Assembly (NCBI RefSeq): GCF_009914755.1
Contig: NC_060947.1
Length of the DNA stretch: 64,000 nt
From: the human T2T-CHM13v2.0 reference genome, Homo sapiens
Reading direction: 5' to 3' (one strand)
Shown: positions 35,760 to 52,873 of the stretch, piece after piece
Numbering within the stretch: position 1 is the stretch's first letter
Layout: each line of letters begins with the position of its first letter
Notes under the pieces: generated by a model
Databases searched by the model: none
What the model saw: the letters and a program-made list of their open reading frames with translations, nothing else
What the model was told of the DNA's origin: nothing
Made by a program: the position numbers and the translations under genes

Positions 35760-37120
35760 CTCTGATAACTACTCTCTCACTCTTTTACAATTTCATTCTA
35801 GAATTACAGAACTATGTATAGATTCTGGAATATGAATTTCTATACTTCTATACATGCTGTATCTCTCTACTTAGACTACTCTTTCTTCTATTTGTCTACC
35901 TGGTAAACTTCTCTTCATCCTTTAAGTGTCAGCTTAAATGCTACTTCCACAATGACACCTTTGTTGACTCCCAGGTAGACTTAAGTGTTCCTTATCCTCT
36001 GTTTTTATTGTATTTTGTATATGTCTCTTTAAAATTACTCTCTCCTGGACTAAGTTTCTCAAGGGCAGGTGCCCTATCTTTTTGGCTGTATCTCCACATC
36101 TAGTATAGTGCCAAGTATGAGTAAAAACTCTGTCAATGGTGGTTAGGTAAATGAATACATTAATGAATAGCTGAGGAATTATAAGAAATCTGGTATGGGG
36201 AGGAGAGGTTGAAAATAAGGTTGTAGAGATTGTTAGAAGCTGCTTTGTGGAGGGTTTTGTATGCCATACCAAAGAATTTGGACTTTATCCTAAAAGCAAT
36301 AGGGACATCAGCAGGTTTTTAAGCAGGTAATAAAAATATGAGATTTGTGGTTTTAGTAATTTTACTCTGAAAGTTGTAGACCAGTGTTTCTCATAGTGTA
36401 TTCCTTGGTACACCTCCATCAGAATCAGTGGTGTTTGGATAATGCAGATCACCAGTCAAACTCCTGACCTATTGCATCAGTGAGTGTCAAAGGGTAGAGT
36501 CCAGGAATCTGTATTTTAACATACCTTCTCCTCCAGAACTCTTATGTTCCATAAAGCATGAGAATCATTGCAATACAGATGAATTTGGGCACTCACTGTA
36601 TGTGTGTAAACCTGGACAAGTTTCTTCACTTCTCTCTGCCTCAGTTTCCTCATCTGTAATATGTCAACAATAATGGCACTTATGGAATGGTTATAAAAAT
36701 TAAGCAAGGTAATGAATATAAAGCTCTTAGAAAATACTCAGCATACAGGAAGAACTCTATGGTAACTATTATTATCATTATTTCCAGAAAGAGTGAGAGT
36801 GGGAACAAAAGAATCTTTTGCACCAATTTGTGTCAGTGATGATAAGGACATAACTTAAGGCACTGGCAATCGGAATAGAAAGAAGGGTATTAAAGGACAT
36901 TTTGGAGGGATTATCCACAAGGCTTTTTCATTGTATAGGAATGGGGAGAGCAAGAATTTGGAGTTGAAATTACAGGGAATGAGGGGGAATCTTAAGTTTT
37001 GGAAGGAAAATCCTAAATTCATTTTGGAATATGGTGAATCTGAGATGCCTGCAAGTCTTCTAAGTGAAGCTATCCTGATAGATTGGCAATACCCTGGAGA
37101 GGAGAGGAATATATTGTGAA
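35760..37120. mobile_element. L2 / MER5 / MIR relic cluster
   Basis: L2 3' end (35900-36170), MER5-like (36380-36575: ccagtgtttctcatagtgt...ccaggaatctgtattttaac), MIR (36610-36780: ctgcctcagtttcctcatctgtaa). Confidence 0.65.
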
Positions 37121-37571
37121 AAAAAACATCAAACACATGGTTATCAGGACTTGCTCAGTCAAAACATAGCCGTTTTCTCAAGTCACTCACCAGTCAGTCA
37201 CCCAGCTCTATTAGGAGTTCTTCTGCAAGTCAGACATCAGAGTGGATGTAGGGGGTTGGCATCTTACCTTAACTCTTGGGGCCTACCTAGAGACTAGCTT
37301 CAGTTAAAAACCAACTCATAAGAAATGCTCTTCTAGAACCACATGTTGTGAGGTTGAATTAAACCAAGATCAGAAGTTTTTATCTACATTTGCAAAGGTC
37401 TCTGGAATAAGTCTGAAGTGTTACTAGGCGGAGTATGGTAGCCATTCAAGATGAAACATAACTGTGACCACTTAACAAAACCAAGGTGGTGGAGGGGTAC
37501 TGCAAACGAATGCTGTTCAGCCCTTGATGTCTGTGGAAGAGGGAGTCACAGGTCCAGGGTGTGTGTTTGCT

Positions 37572-38572
37572 TGTTTTCCCAGCTTTATTAAGGTATACTT
37601 GACAAATAGAACAATTAAATATTTATGGTGTACAACAGCATATTTTGAGATACACATTCTTTGTGAAATGCTTAAATCAAGCTAATTAACATATCCATTA
37701 CCTCACATTCTTGTAATTTTCTTTGGGTTGAGAACATTTAAGATCTGTCTTAGCAATTTTCAAGCATACATTATTAATGACTATATTCACCAAGCTATAC
37801 CACAGATCTCCAGAACTAATTCCTCCTATCTAACTGAAACTTAGTACCCTTTGACTAACGTCTGTCTCCCTATCCTTGTCTCCCAACCCCTGCCAACAAT
37901 TATTCTATTCTCTGCTTCTGTGAATTTAACCTTTATAAGATTCCACATATAAGTGAGGTCATGCAGTATTTTTCTCTTTATTCCTTTATTTATTTCATTT
38001 AACATAATGTCTTCTTGTCACAAATGCCTGCTTTTTTAAGGCTGAATAGTATTCCATTGTGCATATATAACACATTTTCTTTATTCGTTTATCTGTTGAT
38101 GGATGCTTAGGGTGATTCCATGTCTTGGCTATTGTAAATAGTGCTGCAATGAACATGGGAGTGCAGATGTCCATTTCACATGCTGATTTCATTTCCTATG
38201 GATATATACCCAGAAGTGGTATTGCTGGATGATATAATAGTTCTATTTTTTAACTTTTGAGGAAACTTCATACTGTTTTCCATAATGGCTGTAATTTCCA
38301 TAATTTACATTATTCCCAAGAGTGTACCAGGGTTCTCTTTTCTCCACATCCTCAACAACACATATCTTTTATCTTTTTGATAATAGCCATTTTTAACAGG
38401 TGTGAGGTGATAGCTCATTGTGGTTTTAATTTGCGTTTTCCTGATGATCAGTGATGATGAACATTTTTTAATATACCTGTTGGCCAGTTGTATGTCTTCT
38501 TTTGAATAATTTCTATTCAGGTCTTCTGCCCATTTTTAAAAATTGGGTCATTTTCTTGCTGTACAGTTGTTT
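37572..38572 (-). mobile_element. L1MA8-10-like 3' end
   Basis: gtgaaatgcttaaatcaagctaattaacatatccattacctcac 3'UTR; ORF 37995-38192 [20 protein letters not shown]. Confidence 0.85.
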
Positions 38573-38663
38573 CAAAAGCTGTTAGAGCAAGACAGCTGCT
38601 TGTCAACTCCCTCCTAGGATGTGAAACAGGATGTAAGAATAAAAATGAAGGGATAAACAGATA

Positions 38664-38752
38664 ATTTTTTAAAATGGAGTCAAGATCTCATTCTTGTTGC
38701 CCAGGTTGGAATGGGGTGGTGTGATCATGGCTCACTGAAACCTCAAACTCCA
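38664..38752 (-). mobile_element. Short old Alu fragment (FLAM/AluJ-like)
   Basis: tcttgttgcccaggttggaatggggtggtgtgatcatggctcactgaaacctcaaactcc. Confidence 0.75.
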
Positions 38753-39436
38753 CAGATAGGTTTTATGGTAAAAATGTTGCTGTGGGGGTATTGATTTATC
38801 AGACATCTCTCATCAGTGTAAAAAAAAAAAATGAACATTTTCAAAATCACATTGGCCCTGGGTAATCTAAGTGTGACCTACTCCTTTGCTGTTTACAGAC
38901 TCTTTTGTTTGTGCAGTCTTTCCTCTGTATGTGGCTAAGGCTTACATTTAGCTCAAAAGGTCTCAGAGAATTTATGTATTAATTAATTGTACTGAAGACC
39001 TGTTCCCTAGCTGTTTCTCGTTTAGTCAAAATGTATCAAGTCTTTTCAGAAATTCTGATACTCTCTGAATTAGGCCCAGCTGATTTATATTATCTGACAT
39101 CAGTTCCTCTCTTTTCTGCTGGTAGGCTATAGAAAATATTCGCCACCTACTGCTGTCAATATTATTGATATTTATAACCAAGCATTAGAAGGATTCTAAC
39201 TGTAAAATTATATATGCCTGTTTTCATGCACCTATTTGCAATGTAATCAATGAGACAGTATAAATGACAAAACACAAGCACAAAGAATTTGCTTCCTCCA
39301 TAAAGTTTGGCATCAAAATACAGGGCCCTAGGAACCATATTTTTGAAAAACTACCATTGGCTGTTGCCTGGAGTCTGGGGGTTTGTAGTGTCAGAGTGAT
39401 GGGAATTATTTTTTGATGAAAATTTCTTCCTCCAAT

Positions 39437-40165
39437 TTTAACCACCCAATGGGTCCTTCTTGCCCATTGCCCTGGTAGACCTGATTTATCAAGACAGGAA
39501 AACTGCAATAAAGAGCTTTACACACATAGAGTTGGCTAAACAGAATACCACAGTTATATTACTACTCAAATCAGCCTTCTTGAAAATTTAGAGGCTAGGG
39601 TTTTTCAAAGATAGTTTGGCAGGGAGAGGAGTGGCTAGGGAATAGATGCTGCTGATTGATTGGGGATGCAATCACAGCAGTGTGGAAAGTGGTCCTCCTT
39701 CTCTCAGTTCACTTCTGGGTGGGGGCTACAGGACTGGTTGGCAGGTCCAGGTGAAGCCATCCTATCATTAGAAATGCAAAAGCCTGAAAAAACATCACAA
39801 AAGGCCAATCTTAGGCTCCAGAATAGTGATGTTATCTACAGGAGTAATTGAGGAAGTCACAAATCTTCTGACTTCCAGGATAATGGCTGTTTATCATTTA
39901 TGTCTGCATATTAACAGAATTCAGGCTCCTCTCAGTCTCCTAACCTGGTGGTCTTTCAATTAGTTTTACAAAGGTGGTTTAGTTTTAGAGAATGGCTAAT
40001 ATGATTTAAACTATAAAGTAAATTTCTCCCAAAGTTAGCTTGGCTCAAGCCCGGGCATCACTAAGTGCAGGTTGGAGGTTAAAGGTAAGATGGGGGTTGG
40101 TTAGATCAGGTCTCTTTCACTGTCATAATTTTCTCATTGTTATAATTTTTGCAAAGGCAGTTTCA
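39437..40165 (-). mobile_element. LTR8/LTR8A-like ERV1 solo LTR
   Basis: aaccacccaatgggtccttcttgccc...gatttatcaagacagg...tataatttttgcaaaggcagtttca; flanks caat/caaa are a possible 4-bp TSD. Confidence 0.8.
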
Positions 40166-40599
40166 CAAAGACACCAGTAAACTCGTTTGCACCCTGTAAG
40201 ATATTTCTTATAGAATCCTTTACTTCATGTAGTAATTATGATAGCATTGAAGATAAAAATTCATATTGTAACGCACTAAAGTTTATATTTTACCTAAGAT
40301 ATTCTATGTGTTTTAAAATATAAATTAACACAAGTAGTACATGCACGTGGTTTAAGAAAATCAAGTGCCACAAAAGGGCATATTTTTTAAAGTGAGTCTT
40401 CTCCCACTTGCGACTTTCCAAAGGTCACTACTTCAATAATTTCTTATGTTTCCTTCCAGCAATTTCCCATGCCAATATACAACTATGTAGATATGCATCC
40501 ATTCAAATAATAAATGAGAACATACTGTACAAATTATCCTGCATCTTGTTTTACCAAAGTCAAATTTCCTCATCTGTTCTCTAGACTTCTGTAGTAACA

Positions 40600-42930
40600 T
40601 GTTTAATTGAAACTTTCATTGAGATAACTAAAGATTCACGTGCAGTTCAGAAATAATACAGAAGTTCACTTGCTCACTTTTCCCACTTTACCTGAGTGGT
40701 AACATTATGGAAAACTATAGTATAATATCAGAATCAGGATACTAATGATACCATCCACCAACATTATTCAGGTTTCCCCACTTTTACTGGTACTCATTAG
40801 TGTGCACTTAGTTCTATACTTTTTTTTTTCTCTCATGCAGGTTTATGTATCCACCACGAACTCAAAACACTGAACAGTTCCAACAACACAAATATCTTTC
40901 CTGTTGCCCTTTTATAACCACATATATCAACCTCTGGGTGTTCTCTCCCCCAACCCTGACCCCTGGCAACCACTAATCTGTCCTCCATTTCTAAAATTCT
41001 GTCACTTCAAAAATGTTATATAAATTGAATCATATATTGTTTAACCTTTTGGTATTGGCTTTTTCCAATCAGCAAAATTTCCTGGGGATTTCTCCAAGTT
41101 CTTGGTCTATCAATAGTTTGTTTCTTTTTATTTCTGAGTAGTAGCATTCCATGAAATGAATGTATCACAGGTTTTTTGTTTTTGTTTTTGTTTTTAACCA
41201 TTCATTTGTTGAAGGACATCTGGACTCTTTCCAGTTTGGGGCTACTAAGAATAAAACTGCTATGAACATTTGTGTACAGGATTTTGTGTGAATATAAATT
41301 TCCATTTCTTTGGGATAAACACCCAATAGGATGCTACTTGTGTCATTTGGTAACTGCATGTTTAGTTTTGTAAGACTGTGAAACTGTTTCCAGAGTGGCT
41401 GTACCATTTTACATTCCTACAGCAATTTATGAATGATCCAATTTTTTCTGAATCCTCACCAACATTTGGTGTGGTCACTGTATTGTATTTTAGCCATTCC
41501 AATAGATGTGTAGTAATATTTTCTTGTGGTTTCAATTTGCACCTCCGTGATGACTAATGATGTTGAACATCTCATGTACATATTTCCCATCTCTATACCC
41601 ACTTTGGTGAAACGTCACTTATTATGTCTCTTGATCATTTTATAATTGAATTGCTTTTGTTTTTACTGCTGAGTCTTGAGCGACCTTTATATTTTTTATA
41701 CTCAAAAACATATATCAGATGTATTGTTTGCAAATATTTTCTCCAAGTCTGTTGTTTATCTTTCATCCTTTTCACATGGAATTTCAAAGAACAAAAGCTT
41801 TTAATTGTGTTTAGGTTCATTTTTCTATTTTTCCTTTTATGGATGATACTTTTGGTGCCAAATCTAAGAACTCTTTGCCTAGTCCTAGATTCCAAAGATT
41901 GCCTCAAGTTTTTTTCTAAAAGCTTCATGGTTTCATGTTTTACAGTTAAGCCTCTGATCCATTTTGAGTTAATTTTTGTATGAAGTATGAGGTTCAGAAG
42001 AATTCTTAATTTTTTGGCCTATGGATATGCAATTGCTCCAGCACTATTTGCTGAGAAGGCCATCTCTCCTCTATTGAATTGCTTTTGTACATTTGTCAAA
42101 AATAGTTGAGCATATTTGTCATATTTGTGAAGGTCTACTTCTAGATTCTTTTTCTTTTTTTGAGACGGAGTCTCGCTCTGTCGTCCAGACTGGAATAGAT
42201 TCTTTATATTATTTGATTGACCAATCTGTCTATCCCTCTACTGATACCACATTGTCTTGATTATTGTAGCTATATAGTAAGACTTGTTAGGTAGAGTGAT
42301 TCCTCCCACTTTGTTTGGTCAAGATTATTTTATTTATCCTAGGGCCTATGCCTTCCTATATAAATCAAAAATGCAAAGAAAACCCATTTGCTGAGATTTA
42401 TATTAAACATACAGATTAATTTGGAGAGAATTGACATCTTTATTATGTTGGGTCTTTCAATCAATGAATGTGGTCTATGTCTCCATTTATTTGGGTCATT
42501 TTGGATTTCTTTCATCAGCACTTTGTAATTTTCAGCATACAGATAAAATACATGTTTTGGCACATGTATTCCTGATTTTGTTACATTTGGAGTGATTATA
42601 TATTGCACTGTTTTAATTGCTATTTCCACAGGTTCATTGTTAATATATAGAAATGCGATTGATTTTTGTGTCTTGCTCTTATATCTGCAACCTTACTGAA
42701 TTCACTTATTAATTCCAGGAGATTTTTGTAGACTCCTTGGATTTTCTATATGTGCAACAATATCATTTGCAAATAGAGATTTATTTCTTCCTAATACATA
42801 TAAAATTATTTTTTTGCTTTAACACAGGTATTAAACTTATAGTACTATGTTTAATAAGTGTACTGAGGGCAGATATCCTTGCTGATATTAGAAGGAAATC
42901 ATTCTGTCATCATTTAGAATAATGTTAGCT
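40600..42930 (-). mobile_element. L1MC-like element, 3' part (host of the L1PA insertion)
   Basis: gattcacgtgcagttcagaaataatacagaag...gtggtaacatt...actatagtataatatc 3'UTR; ORF2 remnants 41165-42629. Confidence 0.85.
42152..42195 (-). mobile_element. Extremely 5'-truncated Alu with perfect TSD
   Basis: T-tail plus gagacggagtctcgctctgtcgtccagactgga, flanked by tagattcttt at 42142-42151 and 42196-42205. Confidence 0.85.
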
Positions 42931-46300
<3,370 letters not shown>

Positions 46301-47143
46301 GGCGAAGGATATGAACAGACACTTTTCAAAAGAAGACATTTATGTGGCCAACAAACATATGAAAAAAAGCTCATCATCACTGGTCATTAGAAAAATGCAA
46401 ATCAAAACCACAGTGAGATACCATCTCACGCCAGTTAGAATGGCAATCATTAAAAAATCAGGAAACGACAGATGCTGGAGAGGATGTGGAGAAATAGGAA
46501 CGCTTTTACACTGTTGGTGGGAGTGTAAATTAGTTCAACCATTGTGGAAGAGACAGTGTGGCGATTCCTCAAGGATCTAGAACCAGAAATACCATTTGAC
46601 CCAGCAATCCCACTACTGGGGATATACCCAAAGGATTATAAATCATTCTGCTATAAAGACACATGCACACGTATGTTTATTGTGGCACTGTTCACAACAG
46701 CAAAGACTTGGAACCAACCCAAATGTACATCAATGATAGACTGGATAAAGAAAATATGGCACATATACACCATGGAATACTATGCAGCCATAAAAAAGGA
46801 TGAGTTCATGTCCTTTGCAGGGACATGAATGAAGCAGGAAACCATCATTCTCAGCAAACTAACGCAAGAACAGAAAACCAACACCACATGTTCTCACTCA
46901 TAAGTGGGAGTTGAACAACGAGAACACATGGACACAGGGAGGGGAACATCACACACCAAGGCCTGTCAGGGGTTTGGGGGCTGCAGGGGGAAATAACATT
47001 AGGATAAATACCTAACGTAGATGACGGGTTGATGGGTGCAGCAAACCACCGTGGCATGTGTATACCTATGTAACAAACCTGCATGTTCTGCACATGTATC
47101 CCAGAACTTAGAGTATAATAATAATAATAATAATAATAATAAA
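46301..47143 (+). mobile_element. L1PA7/8-like element, non-inverted 3' segment with (TAA)n tail
   Basis: ggcgaaggatatgaacagacac... through the 3'UTR ...atgtatcccagaacttagagtataataataat. Confidence 0.92.
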
Positions 47144-47267
47144 GATATTAGGCTGTTATCATCCTGCTAGATTTCTGAGCTCATCTACTGGTGTCTGCTC
47201 CGTGCATATGCCCTTTGTTGAAAGACATTAGTAAGAATTTATATTTCCATGGTGTTTGTGTGAAAAA

Positions 47268-49500
47268 AATATGATGTTAGCTACAAGGTTTTTGTTGATG
47301 CACTGTATTAAGTTGAGGCAATTCTCTTCCATTCCTAACTTGCTGAGAGTTTTTTCATGATTGGGTGTTAGATTCCATCAAATAACTTTTCCTGTATCAG
47401 TTGATATGATCATGTTTATCTTCCTTTAGCTTCTTCATATGGTAGATTACATTAATTGTTTCTCAAATGTTGATCAAACCTTGCAACCTGTAATTAATCC
47501 CATTTGGCTATAGTGTAAAACATTTTTATACATTGCTGGATTCAATTTTCTAATATTTTGTTGAGAATTCTGGCATCTAAACTCAGGTGAGATATTGATC
47601 TATCATTTTCTTTTCCTTCCTTCCTTCCTTCCTGCCTTCCTGCCTTCTTTCCTTCCTGTACTGTCTTTGTTTGGTTTTGGTATCAGGGTAATAGTAATAT
47701 TGGCCTCATAAAATGTGCTGGCAATTGTTCCCTCCTCTTCTATATTTTTCTTTAAATGTTTGGTAGAATTCTCCAGAAAAAAACAGAAAATTTCTTTTCA
47801 GGAGCTTTTACGTTATTAACTCAATTTCCTTAGTAGTTACAGGCCCATTCAGATTACATATGTCACCTTTTGTGTCTATAAACTTTTGGTTTTCAGGGAA
47901 TTGGTCCATTTCTTCTAAGTTTTCAAATTTATTTGTGTAAAGTTGTTCCCAGTATTTTCTTATTATCTTCTTAATGGCTGTAGGATGTATAGTGATATCT
48001 CCTAGTTTAGTACTGATCTTGGTGATTTGTATCTTTTCTTTATATTTTTGCCAGTTTTGCCACAGATTTAGCAATTATTTTGAGGTTTATCAGTATTATT
48101 GATTTGTTCAAAGAGTTAGCCTTTTGTTTCACTCATTTTCTCTGTTTCCCTATTGTCAATTTCATTAATTTTGGATCTTATTATTTCCTTTCTTCTGCTT
48201 GATTTGGGATTATTTTGTTCTTCATTTTTTAGTTTCTTGAGGTAGAAACTTAGGTTGTTGATTTGAAACCTGTCTTTATTTCTAATTTTAAAATTTTATA
48301 TTGCAAATATCCTTCTCACTCTAGTATATTCCACATATTTTGAGATGTTCTATTTTTACTTTTATTCAATTCTATGTATCTTTTATTTCCACTGAGACTT
48401 ATTCTGACTAAGGGATTATCTTAGAAGGATGTTGTTTAATTTTCATATGTTTAGATATATGGTGTTGTATTTTTGTTACTGATTACCAGTTTCATTCCAT
48501 CATTGTCAGAGCACACACTTTATAATTTTAATTCTTTTAAATTTCTTGAGGCTTGTTTTATGGACCACAAAATGCTGTATCTGTGAGAAATTCTCTGGGC
48601 ACTTAAAGATATCCATTCTGCTGTTTGGGGGTGAACTTTTCTATATATGTCAATTAGTTCCCATTGGTTGGTTGCTCAGCTCTTCCATAATTTTGTTGAT
48701 TTTCTGTGTAGTAGTTCTATCAGTTGCTGAGAGGGGAGGTTTTGAAGTCTCCAACTATAGTTGTGGATTTCTTTATTTCTACTTTCAGTTCCATCAGTTT
48801 TTGTTTCATATATTTTGAGATTCTGATTTTTGGTGTGCACACACTCTGGATTGCAACATTTTCCCTGAGTGATTGGTCCTTCTATAACTATATAATGACT
48901 CTCTTTGCAGTGATTTTTTTTCTCTAATGAGAAGTCTATTTTATCAGATATTTGTATAGCCACACCTGCTTTACTAAATTAATGTTTGCATATATCTTTT
49001 CCCATCCTTTTACTTGCAACTTATTTATGTCATTAAATTTACATATGTCATCAAAAAATAGTGTTGAGAAGGAAATTTAAAGCACCAAATGCTTACATTA
49101 GAAATGAGGACAGTTCTAAAAAGAATAACCTAAGTTGCTACACAAAAAAAAAAAATCTAGAAAAAGCATTGATGTTTTGGTAAGGAGCATACAGTTGGGT
49201 CCTGTTTTTTTTATTTACTAGTCTTTGTCTTATGATTATTGATTTACACCAATTTAATACAATTATTGACATTTTATCACTTGAATTTGGTATTTGTTTT
49301 ACTTTTTTGCCTCTGGTGATTCTTATTCCTCTGTTTCTCTTTTCTTGTCTTACTGTGGCTTGCTTAGACAATGTTTGATATTTCACCTTGATTCATTTAT
49401 ATAGTGTTTTTGAATCTCTCTCTTCATATGGTTTTCATAGTGGTTGCTTTGTGTATTACAATATAAATATGTGCCTTATAATAGTCTACTCGTATCAACC
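47268..49500 (-). mobile_element. L1MC-like element continued (ORF2 RT/EN region)
   Basis: Resumes where the host was interrupted (atgttagct|acaaggtttttg); ORFs 47808-48074 and 48676-48963 are L1 ORF2-like. Confidence 0.8.
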
Positions 49501-49799
49501 AACTTTATTTTTCTTTAGAAATGAAACTTGTTTAATGACAGATGGCAGGAACTAGCATAGTAGGTTGTACAAGTTCAATAACTGTTTGCTGAATAATGAT
49601 TATATTGAAGCTTTGGATAATAATGACACCATTCTAAACAACTTTATAACACGTTTTACCTTATACTTCCCTCAGCATTGTATGAGTGTCCATTGCACTG
49701 CACCTCACTCACCCTCAGAATGAATACTACATTTAAAAATTTTTGCAGCTATGGCAAATGAAAGTTGGTCTTTCATTTTAGTGCATATTTCCTTTTAGA

Positions 49800-50935
49800 T
49801 TTTTTTAAATTGTTAATGTTTATTTTTTATTTTGAAAAATAAGTTTCATTGTGTATATTTGATATTTACAACATGATGTAATGGAATTCACATAAATAGT
49901 AAAATGGTTACTATAGTGAAGCAAATTAACATATTGGTCATCTCACCTAATTACTTTTTTTGTGACAAGAGCAGCTAAGATATACTTATTTAACAAAAAT
50001 TGCTAATACAATAGAATTTTATTAACTATAGTGGTCATGTTGTACATTAGATCTCTAGACTTGTTCATTGTACGTATCTGCTACTTTGTATCTTTTGACC
50101 TACATCTTTGTATTTCTTTCCCTCACCCCTACCCCCGGTAACCACTGTTTTATTTTTTATCTCTGTATATTTGACCCTTTTTGATTTTTCCTTTTAAAAA
50201 ATATTCCACATACTAGTTAAATCATGCAATCTTTGTCTTTCTGTGCCTGGCTTGTTTCTTTTAACATAATATCCTCTAGGTCCATCCATGTTGTGGCAAA
50301 TGGAAAGATCTCCTTTTTTAGGCTAATATTTCATTGTGTGTGTGTGTCTGTCTGTCTCTCTGTGTGTGTATCATGTTGTTGTCCTCTGTTTGTCCAGCAA
50401 CAGACACTCAGATTGTTTCTATATCTTGGCTAGTATAAATAATGTTGCAACGAACATGGTAAAAATACCATTTTACCAGATGGTGATTTCATCTCCTTTA
50501 GGTATATATTCAGAAGAGGAATTGCTAGGTCACATGCTGGTTCTATTTGTAATTTCTTTAGAAACCTCCATACTCGTTTCCATAATGGGTGCACCAATCT
50601 GCCTTTACACCAACAGTATATTAAGGTACCCTTTTCTACACATGCTCACCAACATTTGTTATCTCTTCTTTTTCTTTTTCAATTTTACTTTAGGTTATAG
50701 GATACATGTGCAGAACGTGCAGGTTTGTTACATAGGTATACATGTGCCATGGTGGTTTGCTGCACCTATCAACCTGTCATCTAGGTTTTAAGCCCCACAG
50801 GCATTAGGTATTTGTCCTAATGCTCTCCCTCCCCTTGCCCCCCACCCCCCCGACAGGCCCTGCTGTGTGATGTTCCCCTCCCTGTGTCCATATGTTTTTC
50901 TTTTATTTCTTTTTTTTATAATAGCCATCTTAATG
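49800..50935 (-). mobile_element. L1MA9-like 3' end with a nested L1PA 3' fragment (~50670-50895)
   Basis: aaaatggttactatagtgaagcaaattaacat 3'UTR; nested ggatacatgtgcagaacgtgcagg...ccctccctgtgtccat. Confidence 0.85.
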
Positions 50936-51661
50936 GCCAGGAACTTATGGATAGCTAGGACTTTTCTCTGGTCTCTCCTTAGAATTCTTGGAGCCTTGAG
51001 CATGTACACCTTTCTACACTTCCAGAGACATGTGGGAGCCTATCCAGGTCCATCATGGCTATCACATTCCTTGAGTTTTCTTTAGCTTAAGGCTAGTCTG
51101 CCAGTCTGTTGCTTTCTAACCAGGATCACATCAGGTAAGCTGTGATGTTGTCTTACTCCCATTTGTTTGTCACCAAGATCACTCTGTTTCGCACAATTCT
51201 CAGGGTTGTGGGTTTTTTTTCTGCTGCACTCCAGATCAATTCAGCCACCTCTAGTAGCAAAATTGGTTTTGCAGCTTTCCTATTGTAGTAGAACTGCTGC
51301 ACTGATCATTGTAGGGTGAACAGGAGGAGCTTCAGGCTAAAACACATCAGATTCTTGCTATTCTTACATGAGGTTTGGTAATTTTGTTTTTTTAAAAAAT
51401 AAACAATGCTCACATTGTTATATGCCCTTAATTAATTTCAGAGTCCAGAGATTCTTTTGTCAATTTTGACCAGCTTGATGGTTATTTTGGGGGAGAATAT
51501 TTGCTGATCTTCTCTTTTGGCATAATCCATAGTAGTCTGTAACTGTTCTCCTTGCTGCTCCTCTTGTCCTGCTGTATTTCAACCCAGAGGAGCACACCAG
51601 TTATTTTCTGTAGCACTAAAAATAAAATCCCAGACTTCTTAGAGTGGCCTACAGGTCCCAA

Positions 51662-52873
51662 TGTTACAAGATGTCTGGGTGTCGATTTTTCTGGCCAGAA
51701 ACCTCTGTGGCTGTGGCACCTTTGCCTGAGTTCTCGTCCTGTGTCCAGGAAGGAGGTATGCAGACAAGTGAAGGGTGAAGAAGAAGAGTTTTATTTAGTG
51801 TTAGAACCACTCAGAGGAATAGGTAGCTCCTCACTGCAGGCAGGTCGTCCTGTCCAGAGATTTGGCTCTCAGCAGAGAGGAGGCCCTGGAGAGGGTGGCT
51901 CCTCTCTGCAGACAAGTCATTCGGGCATCTCTGCAGGTCTCTGAAGCTCTCAGCACAGAGGGTAGCTCGTCTCTGCTGGCAGGTCATCTCTGCAGCTCTC
52001 AGCAGAGAGGGTACTCCTCTCTGTAGCTGGTCATCCCCGCAGCTGGTCATCCCATCATTTCCAGCTATCAGCAGAGAAGGTAGGTACTCCTCTCTACAGC
52101 TGGTCATCCCCTCCCAGCATCTCTCTGCCCATTTTGTCCTCTGGCCATCCTCTGCCCTGCTCTGGCTGAGTTCAGGGCTTTCATGGACCTCAGAGGGGAG
52201 GAAGTGCCTGCTGATTAGTCCATGGGCAGCCATAGGCTGCCCAGAAGAGGGACCATGAGTCACTCACTACTCTGGTCTGCAGGACTGGCAGCCCAGCCCC
52301 CAGTCTTCAGGCCCTCCCTGGCCCAAAGGTAGGGCCTTACGGCGGGCCCACCCCCTTCCACTCAGGAATCAATCTGCCTCCCGCTGCTATTCATGGCCCC
52401 AGGCTTGGCCCCACCCCCCACTCTGAGATCGGAGCAGGCACCAGGAGTGGAAAGAAGCCAGGCAGTGGGAGAAGACACCCCTGAGCCTGCAGGAACTGGG
52501 GTCCTTCCTGGGCCATCCTAGGGTACAGGCTGTAGAGACACCTGGCTCCTACGCCCACAGCCACAGCCGGGAAGGCAGATCCTGCCTGCTCGCGGCCCTC
52601 CCCCAAGAGCACAGGGAGGCTCGGATCCACAGCTGCATTTTGGGTGACTATAGCCCCACCCAGGAGGGTGGGGCTCCTGCCTGCTCCGCAGAGCAGGAGG
52701 CCTGGGTCTGCAGCTGTGGTTTAGGCGGCTGCAGCGGTAACCAGGTAACCAGCAACCGGGGAGCGCCAGTCCCAACTCAGAAGGGGCGAGGCTCCCACAG
52801 GCTCTTTGGAGTGTGCAGCCGCAGCGGCGCCTCCCTGCTGCAGCCAGAATGATGGCAGCAGCCTCTGCCATCA
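51662..52873. mobile_element. MER52-like ERV1 LTR, GC-rich, with internal tandem units
   Basis: TG...CA termini; ttttctggccagaaacctctgtggc start; five ggta(g)ctcctctctgcag..ggtcatc units at ~51822-52110; inserted in an L2 remnant. Confidence 0.75.

Noticed and set aside
51822-52110. Repeat units with variable spacers resembling a CRISPR array
   Set aside because: Degenerate units inside a mammalian LTR, spacers resemble each other, no cas genes, eukaryotic context.
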